Positions 51,401-62,216 of a DNA stretch of 64,000 nucleotides are shown one piece after another. The DNA lies in the NCBI GenBank assembly GCA_020137815.1, contig CM035357.1:7874001-7938000 (forward strand). The letters run 5' to 3'. Position numbers and translations under genes: made by a program. The notes under the pieces are model-generated. The model searched no databases, was not told the DNA's origin, and saw only the letters and a list, made by a program, of their open reading frames with translations. Position 1 is the stretch's first letter. Each line of letters opens with the position of its first letter. This stretch comes from Hormiphora californensis (taxonomy: Eukaryota; Animalia; Ctenophora).

Positions 51401-53814
51401 ACAAGCAAGGAAAATACAATTTGTAACTGGTACCTGGTTGTTCGAGGTTTGGTTTCTGTGGTGCGGTATCAGGAGCACAGAACCCGACTGTAGCCTGGAC
51501 GGGGTTAATGTTGAACTGTCCAAATCCAGTTCCAAACCCATTTATAGGTTGGTTGTAGTATGATGCCATACCACAGTTGTTGTTGTTATAGGACTGATTC
51601 AACTGGGGGGCATAGGTGTGAAAACATAGTAACAAGTAGAGTTAGGGCCGCTATTTAGCGGGCGATACAAGAGCTAACTAGATTTCTAAATTCTATCATG
51701 ATATGGATATTGCTAACTAGAGCTCACTTATAGATCATGATATTGCTAACCTGTAAGTTCTGCATCATGCTGGAGGGAACAACAATAGTATTCTGTTTAG
51801 GTGCTGGTGCAGGGGGGATGTTCTGCATATTTAGGAAGTCCTGGAGCCTCCTCTCTTTCTCAATCAGCTGCTGTCTCTCCTCATAGAAGGCCTGCTGTTT
51901 CCTCTGATACTCTTCCATCTTCACCCTGTGTTCCTCAATGACCCTGGCCTCCTCAGCTCTAGCTGCCTCCCTCGCCCTCTGTCTCTCTTCTTCCTCTAAT
52001 CGGAGTCTCTCCTGGTTCCTGGCTATCTCATCCATGATGATTCTCTGCTTCTCAAACTGTCTAATTTGTTCCTTCTCTGCTTCAACCCTCTCCCTCTCCT
52101 CCGCAAGCTTCTTCTGCTCCTTTGCCAACTTCCGCTGGTCTTCCCGCCACTTCTTCTGCCCCTCAGCTGCTAGCCGCTCATGTACCACTCTCAGCTCCTC
52201 CACTGCTTTCCGCTCCTCAGCCAGGCGTTTCTCCTCTACCAGTCTCCGTTCATTCTCCACCTTGAGCCGCTCCTGAATGAGAGTTACCCTCCGCTGCTCC
52301 TGATCCAGGGCTATTGCTCGCTGGGCGGCAAAGTTAACCGCAAACTTGTAAGGAATGTTAACGACTGTTTGGCGGGGGGAACTTCCTGCATTCTTGGCTG
52401 CTCCATTGTTACCCTGGTAACCAGCGGGACTCCTAACTGGACTGGATAATTGCTGCTGCTGTCTGTATTGTTGCTGAGGGGGAGGAGGATTGTAGGCGGT
52501 TCGTACTGGACTAGACACAAAGGCCTGTTTCTGAGGGCTAGGAGGTCCCTGTACGATGTTATGGTGTCTAACTGGACTACCCTGTTGGACCTGCTGTCTA
52601 ACAGGGCTCGTTTGTGGTGGCTGTTGTCGAACTACACCGGGGCTTGTTTGTGGTGGCTGCTGTCTGACCCCAGGACTGGAAGGGGCAGGTCTGACCCCAG
52701 GACTGGACGGTGCTTGTCTGCCAGTATTGTACCCTGGAGAGAAGGGTTGGTATGCTGCTGCTGCTGGGTAGACAGGGGATCCCGCCTGGTGCGCTGGACT
52801 AAAGTGGTTGCCAGGCTGGTAGGTAGGGGACCTGAACACTGGCTGTGGCTGGAAATACGACTGGTAAGGGTTGAACTGGGACGCTGAAGGTTGTACTGGA
52901 GCACTCTGAAATAGTAAAATGTAGCTGAGAATCTTTAGATAAAATCAACATCATATAAAATTAAGTTTGTTTAGTTTCCTATACCTGGTGTGGTGTTGGT
53001 ACAGCAGCGGTAGTTGGATGGTGAGGTACTGTCTCTGGCTGACAGGTATCAGATATAGTTCTATCATCATCCCCGTCAGTCATATTCCCATTGTTCTGCA
53101 TGGCACGGGGCTGACCGTTCTTGTTCATTGTCACTGTAAACTTGTCAATCCCTGCCCGACGTAGTCCATCACTTATTTCAGTGTCTGGGGTCAAGGTGGG
53201 GTTTTAGTTTGCATTTCGGAAGTTTGTCAAATTTTCAGATTTTCTAACTGCTTTAGATGGCTTCTAAACGACTACTACTTATATAATAACACAACTTCTA
53301 AATTCGAAGGTTCCAATTGTCCCCCCCCCATGACAACTCACTGATAGTTTTGGTTTCCTCGTCCCCACTGTCTTTGTTATCATTGAATGCTGCATTCAGG
53401 GCCGTCATGCTGGGGTATCCCCTACTGTACTGAAGGACAATGTTATTCGTTTCAACCCTGTACTGCCTCCCCTGATGGACAAAGAACAGGTTCCTCTCAT
53501 CTTTCATGTCTGCAGCCTCCAGGTCAACCACTGTCCACTTACCATCTATTATACAACCTGAGAGAGTGGAGTTTGATGTGGATTATCCTTAAAACTGTTA
53601 TGATTTTAGAAGATTTGGATTTTGGAGGACATGATCAAAACACTAAAACAGCCGTCGATTGATCTAAACTAAACTCCCTACCAATGTAGTCCATGGTGCA
53701 GACAGCAGGTTGTAGATCATGGATCTGCTCGGGTTTGCAGTTGACAGCAGTGAGGTTAGAGTCCGTGGTAACCTCACTGTACATTCCAGTACTTCCACTA
53801 CCCATGTTATTCAT
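48440..53814 (-). CDS. Novel beta-hairpin-repeat family protein, paralogue B (3 repeats, SP/Q-rich region and coiled coil); 3' end uncertain
   Basis: Repeats: YIGCIIDGKWTVVDLE...LFFVHQGRQYRVE, YKIKIDDDWYTIPGEKI...CSITFCGQSVNVE and YEVFVNKMWNKVNATDISPSRKQLGTFIVRVHGRSVRV. The 371-aa exon has many SP motifs and an E/R/Q coiled coil. It may end at ~50505 or continue to 48680. Confidence 0.65.
49013..49019 (+). promoter_or_regulatory. Candidate TATA box of ODC
   Basis: TATATAA about 85 nt upstream of the ODC ATG. Confidence 0.4.
49101..50339 (+). CDS. ODC1: Ornithine decarboxylase (fold-type III PLP enzyme), intronless
   Basis: PYFALK (PLP Lys), FDVAS, SSKFGA, GISFHVGSHC, LDIGGGYPG, IAEPGRF, GVYGGLANTVWD, WGPTCDSSD and FPDLGSY motifs. 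First ATG at 49101; AATAAA at 50341. Confidence 0.93.
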   Translation: MGPEYTSPITDGSKKKVMTGEEQEVLSVESAGQYIRDHVAQLTPFQDDPFIVTDLGEIQKRVELWKTAFPNITPYFALKAQNNAKIVELLASEGFGFDVASLPEINKVKDHVPVDMILYAQPYKQPSHLKSAIHLLSVCDSVDEIRKVGEISAELGVTARILLRILPANPTPAATSTLSSKFGAPFEDLEALSTAAKNSGVMVTGISFHVGSHCQSAAPYTHTLPLARKWWNSLVEIGFTNMTTLDIGGGYPGEGGEVFLHIAEQIKSSLEKEFGDLEGLKVIAEPGRFIVTTSQTVVAKVISVKRDGSLVLNTGVYGGLANTVWDKKAARGSKPYVVGRDTTDNTLRSEVAFWGPTCDSSDKMLDGYTVAGTPPVRGDWVAFPDLGSYNSSLATSFNGFNPPAIHFVRSSD

Positions 53815-55430
53815 TGTGTTGAAAATGCGCTCCCGCACACCCTCCCCTAAAGAAGGAACGTGATGTTTTTTATATGATCAGAATGTTCATGAGTTTCTCA
53901 TCAATTAGAAAGTTTAGCTGTTTATGCAAATGGTGTAGACGTGGAATGATGACTGTCAAAAGTTAAGTTTTTATTAAGCAAACGAACAAGACATGAAGCA
54001 GAGTTTTTAGCGATCAAACGAGTGGGAAGGTATCGAACCTATTGCCTTTAGAGCTGCTGTATCACCACCACCACCACCACCTGTAGCAGCACCTGGATTC
54101 TGCATTCCTGATATTACTTGGCACAACCCAAACTAAAGATATATACTGCAATGATTGTTTAGATAATTACTTGTCAGACAGTGAGATCTAGAACGCTAGT
54201 ACCACTGTATCAGCTAGTACCACAGTATCAAACCTAGCACCAAATAGTCTGTACTAGACAACAAAAAGAGAGGGGAAGACACACTCTGTCATACAACACA
54301 CAACGATCAGAACGGTGTAAGCCAAGCCCCGGGGGCTATCGGCGTGTAGATAAAACATGCTGTGGGGGAACCTTTTCCTGGTATGCTGATAGATTATTAT
54401 CGTACTGAATACGGAGTAGAATGCTTGTAATTTATTTGACAATCCAGAGGGTTTCAATTGTTTTTATGAAGGAGTAAAGTTGAAAAGTGTTGTTATGTCA
54501 TGATGGTGATATAAGACTTTACTTTACTATGTTGCTGCACTTGTCTGTCTGAGTAAGTGATCCATGTTAGCCCACTATGTCAGAAGCTTTACTAGCTCCT
54601 TTAGCACACACACCTAGGAGACCAGCTTCAGCCCTGGTTTAGTACTTGTAATAATAATATGCATTATGCTCACATCCAATATATCACGTGGCATGCACGT
54701 GCTGGGTGATTGGATCACATGACCTTGCACGTGCAAGAATACAAGTTGCACGTGCTGATATGAAATCTAATCCATGTGACACATTATATGCAATTGCCGG
54801 TCATGATTTGCTTAGTGAATTTGTTCTATATTCGGCCATGACGAATTACTGGCGGCAAATTGTTTTTTACAAAGATCAACCCCTCTAAATATACCAGGGT
54901 CTATAATGTGTGAGGTGAATACTGTTCAGTGACTTTTCATGCCATTTAAAAAACATCATCAAACGATAATTGGGTTTTACTAAAATTAAAAAGTAAATCA
55001 AACATTATACTGCACAATACATGTATAAACAACAAACTTCACTCAGTGACCGTTTGATCCTGCAAACAAAAAAAAACGGATCACTCTTATTTATCAAGAC
55101 CAAAAAAGTCTTTAAAGCCCCCTCTTTAAATATTTGGTCAGACGCTCTAAAAAAGTATGAAGAATTTAGTCAAATATCCCGATAGAAACTCTGAAAGCTA
55201 AACCATCTGAGGGTCAAAATGCTTCATATGTACAAAATTGTATGCGCATTCGGTCTTCGAATTCAAGTCTATGAAATCAACTTTACATATTATACTGTTA
55301 AATCATCATATCTACGATCATTCTACCCCTACCAATCACCCCCAAATCTGAAATTCTCTGTGAGTCAGTTACAAGGCACCCTAACAGGGCCCTTTCAAAA
55401 CACTCTAATCTAAAGGTCTCTAATGTCTCC

Positions 55431-58400
55431 TTAATGTCCCCTGAGCGACCTGACCCAGGCCATGTTGTTCTTTGCGTCTGGTCCTGCCAGAACCCTCGAA
55501 TCTTGTAGTATGGGTATTCCAGGTGTGATCGCCAACATTCCTTTCTCCGATCTGCGAGGGGAATGTGGTTAAACTAATAAATAAATAATTTGGAAATGAG
55601 AGGACAATTCGATCATATCTGGTGAACTATTTTTGCTCCTTTATAAAACTTTTTACCGTTCATGTGAGATGTAAGGTTTCTCAGTGGGAGTGTAAGCTGT
55701 GTCAGTGTCCACCACTGTTTCGGTTCTGTAAATCTCAGATGCTGATGCTGATGTTCGTCCATCTGGTGAAAATATAAAGAGGATTCAGTGTTGCTAATAA
55801 AGATTGAAATCACGCTATAACGTTGCATTCATTCGTAGATCTAGGAAACAAGGTTTATTCTGGGTCCAACAAAGATGTACCTATTTCCCGTTCCTCTGAG
55901 ACCCTAGATTTGTTGTCTGTTACAAAGTCAGTTAGTGAGATTCCTGGGTCAGTATCTGTTCCCGGCGATCCATACAGGTGGTACTTGCCCTTTTCTACCT
56001 TGCTGGGCACCTGACGAAGTAATTGAAAGTTAAACTCTAAAAGTAAATTCATAACAATAATTCCTGGTGGTGACTGTATGCACTAATCAGTTTACTGAGA
56101 AGTATTTAGTTGTTATTACCATCATTTTCTGGAAGAGAAGTCGTTTTGATTTGTTGGCCACCACCCTGTTGGTTCCCTGCCACCTTGGCCTGTTTCCAGA
56201 CCGAACTACACCCTTCTTGGAGGAACATCTCAACCTCTAATGGGGGAAGAATTAGTTGTAAATCAGCTGCTGCTCTTAGTGTGGGAAGAATGGTAAATTT
56301 ACCAAAATAAATTAAGCTAATTTATAACAACCTTGTCCCAAGAGACGGGAGACTGGAAGGGAGATCGTCTCATTGATGCGTACTCATCAGTAGTGTCATT
56401 CCTAACACTGGCATCAGAATCACCAAGAGAGACGTTAGCTGCTGTTGTGACCCTGGGGGTGGAGAGAGTCAGTGATCTTTCTAACAGAGAAAACATCTTG
56501 ATATTGATGGTTTTAGAAGAGATTCAGTAACTATGGTAACAGAATTCACTCACAATGTGACATCCTTCCTCTTGATAGGGACTATCTTGTCCCCCATATT
56601 CACTCTGTAACTATCAGTTTCAGTATCCAGTACCACTCGGTACGCAGGAAGGTGCATAGTAATACCATTATACCGAACCTTGTAGATCTCAGACTCCCTA
56701 GAAGATATTGTTTAGTGAAGAAAGCGGTAAAGAGGATTGCCGATATCATAACCAAGCATTGTTCACTGTGATTAGCTAGAGATCGGTGTTACCCCTGGAT
56801 CACATCTTACCTGACTTTATTGTTTCCTGTTTCAGGTTCCTCAGCGTGACCCTCACCGTCTGACTCAATAGTGGGGAACTTCCCTTTAGGCCTCTCTGGT
56901 ATATTCTTCTCAGTACTGACTCTCCCCTTTGGTTTCTCTGAGGTGGCCCTCTCAGTACCAGCCCGGCTCACTGACTGGGGTTTTGGGGTCCTTCCAGACC
57001 TCTGAGAAATAGTCCTCATCTCACGTACCACTGGGATCGGCTGCTTCTAGTGGGAGTGGTGGGGGGTTAGAGGTACTGAAAGTGTTTATTGATTTGGATG
57101 TTTGCCAGAATTCCCTCTTACCTGAGCTGCAACAGGGCTCTGTTCTTCTTTAGATTCCTCTGGGATGATGGGTTGAAGGTTTTCAGCTGACAGCTTGTAG
57201 ATAACCCCATTAACCAGAACCATGAAAGTGTTAGGTACACTAGCATCTGGTTTGATGTTCTCTTTAGGAATGATGACTCCCTCAGGGGTCAGAAACACCC
57301 TGTAGTTATCTGGGATAATGGGGACAACACCTCCCTCACCATCTTCCCTCAGTTGGAACACAAAGTTGTTATGTATGGCCTGTCTGAGGTTACCCTCCAG
57401 GACTACTATCTTATACCCCGGCCTGTTGTCTGCCTCCTCTAGTTGACTTGCCTTGATGTTCAGGTAGACTCCATTGACAAAGACATGGAAGGCATCTTCC
57501 TCCTCTTCCTCTTGTTCAGGGGACGATTCCTTATCAGACACTACAGGGGCTATCTGCTCTTCTGTCAGTCTCACACTCCGCCCATCTATCCTGGCTATGA
57601 AGGTCCCGGGACGTTTCTTGCTGGGTTTCAGATCTGTAATGGGGATGGTCCTCCACTTCCCACCCACCTGGATGGAAACCTGTTCAGCTGTCTCCACAGT
57701 GTAGCTGTCCCTCCTTATCATGGAGGCCCGGTTAGAAGGTGGAGGGTTGGATAGGGCCATCTCTTCTATCTTGGAGGTAACAGTGTCTACTGTAGTGGCC
57801 CTAGTTGGAGGGAGTTGTACAGGGGGTACTGCTGCTGCTACAGGCTCCTGTACCACTGGAGGTGGTGGTGCTGTGTAGGTAGGTTGCTGTCTAGCAACAG
57901 GAGGGGGAGCAGTGTATGTTGGTTGCTGTCTGGCAACAGGAGGGGCTATGTTGTAACTAGAGGGTGGTGGTACCACTGCAGGTGTGTTATAGTTTGCAGC
58001 ATAACCATTTCCTGGGCTGGCTAATTGAGATGGTACAGCGGGATTACCAAACTGTGTCCCATAGCTGTCCGGGAGTACATTAACTGCGCTCACACTGTAC
58101 ACTGTACCATGTAGGGAGACATTGTAGTATCCTGGTTTATCTCTACTAGCAACAACAGAACTCAGGGGTAGTTTCACCCAGGTGTTGTTGATCTTCACGT
58201 TGTACATGGGTCCAGGGGCTGCTGCTGCTGTGTAGGGGTTGTAGGGAGGTACTGGGGCACCTGGGGATCCTCGTGATAGGATGTTTGGTGTTAGATCCTC
58301 CTCTGTGTCAGTGGCTCTGTCCACGTTCCTTATCTCACTAGAGTGTAGGACAAAGAGTTTGTTTTGATAAAGGAGTCGATAGTAGCCCGCCTTGCTTCGC

Positions 58401-58477
58401 ATGGGTTTCAAGGCGTCCCCAGGCACTATAACGGGCTCTCCTTCAATCAGGACCTCGTATGAGGGCTGCTGAGCCAT
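55431..58477 (-). CDS. Novel beta-hairpin-repeat family protein, paralogue A (6 repeats, Pro-rich linker)
   Basis: The large exon ~57122-58477 has five repeats (e.g. YEVLIEGEPVIVPGDALKPMRSKAGYYRLLYQNKLFVLH). A sixth is in the exon at ~56553-56697 (YKVRYNGITMHLPAYRVVLDTETDSYRVNMGDKIVPI). The last exon reads ...MAWVRSLRGH*. Confidence 0.75.
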
Positions 58478-59521
58478 GGTACTAGAAGACACTGCAAATA
58501 AGGGAAATACTGTGAAGAAAGCAGTTATTTCAAATTGTCAAAAGCATGTAAAACACAAAACGAGTGAATTGGAAAATCCTAAAACCTAACCGCTACAATT
58601 ATATGCATTATGAATTATGAAATGATAGCCTGCCCACTAGACACACTAAATTACACAGACAAACAGGGATAGTAAAGTGAGAGAGAGAGGGGCTAGGAAG
58701 GGGGGCTACAGATTTTGTGTCAGCAAAACACTGCAGCACTTTAGAGTGTCTGTGAGAGAGAAAAACAGAGATAGCGAGAAGAGAGAGACAGGGGATGGTG
58801 GAAAAATACATATATGTGATCATGGGTGTCAATCAACCACAACTTAGAGAGACAGAGGCAGGGATTGAGACAGAGAGAATAAAGAGATAGTTGGAGAAAG
58901 ATAGAGAGAGCGGGGACAGAAAGAGAGGCATGAATAATAGTGGGGTAGTCGTATATTACTATCGTGATAGGTACGTATATAAGCTGGGGGGTATTTTTAC
59001 CCCACCCTACTGTGAAATGCCAGTATATAGCGCGGGAAACAGGAAATGAGCAGGAATGCTTTCATTGTAGACAATCTATTATGTGGTTATAAGTTCAGGG
59101 GAAATAATGTGTTATGGTGACGTAATAATAAATGTACATGAACAGAGACGATTAAGTTATATGGAACTTCATGATTCATGTTTCTGTGTTGTTTGATCTC
59201 TGTACAAACTCCCCCACACACAACTAATATTCGGAACATGTTCGGTCCTTTGACACGTCCCCCCGCTGTATGTGGTCCGGGTATGAATGGGATATCACGG
59301 CTCATCTGGGTACTGGGTAGCACCTTATGAGAGGGGAGTTATCTTCACACGTCCTACCATTAGTTGGATAATGTGTGTTCCTGGTACCTGACAAACAGAG
59401 AAATATTACTGCTGTAGAAAGTTTATTGGAAAGTTGGAAAATCAGAAAATATTTGGCAATTTCATATCCTTTCTAAAGTACAGAACTACCAACTAACCCT
59501 TCCTCTCCCCCAGGATCCCGT

Positions 59522-60534
59522 ATGGAAGCTGACACCCCGGCCCCCACCCCTGAACCGGAGCTGAACGTGTTTCGAGTGTTGCCGGTTACTGCTCATCTCA
59601 TTGTGGCTGCTGAGGCCATACCACCTGACTGGAGGCTGCTAGAGATAGCTGGGAAAATACGGTGAGTTGTTTGGGGTTTGTTGGCCGTTGGGGTTGTTTG
59701 TGTTGTTGGGGCTGTTAGAGATAACTGGGAAAATACGGTTAGTTGTTGGGGGGGTTGACTCGGGTACCTCAGGATGCTGGGGATCGAGAATTTTATGTGA
59801 GAGTAATTTTTCAGATGAATTAAATCGATCATAAAACATATTCTTACCCAATGCCAAGATCAATATTTTTCAACACCCAATTCACACTTCTAGGCTAATC
59901 GATGTGCACCAAACTTAAATTTCCTTTTATCCGAAAACTTGAATCTGACACCGCTATTTTAGAAGCCCCAAAACTGTGTTGGATTAAACGGTCCCCTAAA
60001 TTATATTTTAAGGACTGCCCTGCAGGTGTACCCTTGTTCCCACTACTCAGCTAACCCCCATACCCCGACATTCAGGTACCACTGGAGGGATCTGGCCCAG
60101 ACATGTGGAATAGACGGAGAGAACATAACGGAAATAGACTCGGTAAGAAGTTATACTTCCTCGTTTATCCGACCATCTCTCGTTAATTATTCCAGGGTCC
60201 ACTATTTCCTACTCCAGGGAGGGGGTGGCTGGGAGAAGTTTGGGCGGGTAAATTTGTGGTTAGATCTTTGCAGGAAATATTATAACGACCATCCAGGGAT
60301 GGACGGATTTATTAAGAGACTGGGGACAATTCTTGAGCAAAGTTTTATGACAATTTCTAACTCCCTCTCTATTTCCAGGTATATAGTGGGTGTCTTGCCA
60401 AGTCGATGCAGTGTCTGAAATGGTGGAAGAGAAGAATGGTAGGGAAGGCGAGTTATGAAGAACTGTCAAGGAGACTCCACCAGATCGATCAGCAAGAAGT
60501 CGCACGTGCTTACTGTAACATAAACGAACTCTGA
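59522..60534 (+). CDS. Small single death-domain protein (~120 aa, 3 exons)
   Basis: Exons 59522-59661, 60076-60142 and 60379-60534 splice in phase to ...LLEIAGKIR|YHWRDLAQTCGIDGENITEIDS|VYSGCLAKSMQCLKWWKRRMVGKASYEELSRRLHQIDQQEVARAYCNINEL*. This fits the death-domain pattern (IA..I...W..LA..G, L..W, A(T/S)...L...L). Confidence 0.8.
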
Positions 60535-60906
60535 GTTGCACGTGCTTACTGTAACATAAACGAACTCTGAGTTGCACGTGCTTACTGTAACATAAACGAA
60601 CTCTGAGTTGCACGTGCTTACTGTAACATAAACGAACTCTGAGTTGCACGTGCTTACTGTAACATAAACGAACTCTGAGTTGCACGTGCTTACTGTAACA
60701 TAAACGAACTCTGAGTTGCACGTGCTTACTGTAACATAAACGAACTCTGAGTTGTACGTGCTTACTGTAACATAAACAAACTCTGAGTTGCACGTGCTTA
60801 CTGTAACATAAACGAACTCTGAGTTGCACGTGTTTACTGTAACATAAACGAACTCTGAGTTGCACGTGCTTACTGTAACATAAACGAACTCTGAGTTGCA
60901 CGTGCT
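60502..60906 (+). repeat. 36-bp minisatellite x11 containing the death-domain gene's last 10 codons and stop
   Basis: Unit GCACGTGCTTACTGTAACATAAACGAACTCTGAGTT = A R A Y C N I N E L * V. Confidence 0.95.
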
Positions 60907-61244
60907 AACTTTGGTGTCTTGAATGAGCAGTAAAGAGTATTAATTTAGATAGATACGATTATAATTTTTCGTAGTTTTCGTGTTATTAGTGGGCTATTTC
61001 ATTGTTTTTAGTGTCTGTTCTACCAAGCTTCTCAGAGACAGGGTGTTTTTAGGGTTTGTACGGTGTGTAAAACACAAATATGTTTAGTTATTAGTCCCCG
61101 ACTACTTTATGTTTTACTGTAGAGCTTTATAGATGTTAATATTTTAGCGAAGCTGGTTTTTCATACGAAACATGTACCTATAAAGTATTTAATCGTAGAT
61201 TTATTTGTAGATTTAGATTTCGTTCCGTAAGTTAATATTATTAC

Positions 61245-61968
61245 TAATATTGTGGGGGGGGGGTCCCATGGTATACTTTGGTATACTTTGGCACTTTCCA
61301 CAACTTTTTCAGCGATTTTCCATATACCAAAGTATACCAAAGTATACCAAAGTATACCAAGGTATACCAAAGTATACCATAAAAATTTTGAAAAAGGTAA
61401 AATTTAAGCGATAAGTTAACATAAATGACTAAATTTGTAAAACTACATCCTTATTTCTTTATAAGTTGGTAATATAACGCTTATTAAACCGATTTTTACG
61501 TTTTTGTTACATCATCCGGCTAGTGCTTCTAGGCTTGCCACTCGGGTTCGATTCCCGGTGAAGGCAATTTTTGAAAAATTTATGGAGACTTTACCAAATA
61601 CTATTTGAACATTTTCTTGACTTTTTAAAAGTTTTTTTATCATACTCAAATGGGTCCCAATTTGTCAAACCCCAGTTTTCTGACTCACCATTTTATAGGT
61701 AATATTTTCCCTCGATTCTATGAATTTAGCCTATTTAGCACTGCACCATTGTCCAATTTTATGAGTCAAGAAAGTTTATATAAAATGTTTTAAAGCCTTA
61801 ACTGTTGTAAATTAACACTTTAAAGTACTTTAAAGTTATTAAAAAGATATGGTATACTTTGGTATACTTTGGTACTTTCCACATATTTTTTTGGGATTTT
61901 CCATATACCAAAGTATACCAAAGTATACCAAAGTATGCCATGGGACCCCCCCCCCCCCCCCAATATTG
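61245..61968. mobile_element. TIR non-autonomous element with (GTATACCAAA)n subterminal repeats
   Basis: AATATTG-Gn-TCCCATGGTATACTTTGG at the left end is mirrored by CCAAAGTATGCCATGGGA-Cn-AATATT at the right end. Confidence 0.75.
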
Positions 61969-62216
61969 TTAGTATATTGTAACTTATAATGTGTATTATG
62001 CTACATATTTTGAGCGTCACGCTCCATTCACTGAAACACGCTGTAATTTAATGTCTCCATGGCTACAATGATGCGATAAGGCAATTCACACTCACTGGTA
62101 CAAAGTGCAATACTGGATGTTTTGCAACACTGTCTTTGTCTGACTATCAGGCAAACTGGCCCATATCAATCACATAAAGAGTTCTCATATTGGAACAAAA
62201 CTTCGCACTCATCATG

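Noticed and set aside
42923-58477. One single giant gene
   Set aside because: In-frame stops end terminal exons at ~55431 and 46010, and fresh acceptor+ATG starts occur at 58477 and 53814. Separate paralogues fit better, though the B/C boundary is uncertain.
60260-60901. 213-aa minus-strand ORF of QLRVRLCYSKHV repeats
   Set aside because: Antisense reading of the 36-bp minisatellite. It has no ATG start or splice support, and the + strand carries the real gene.
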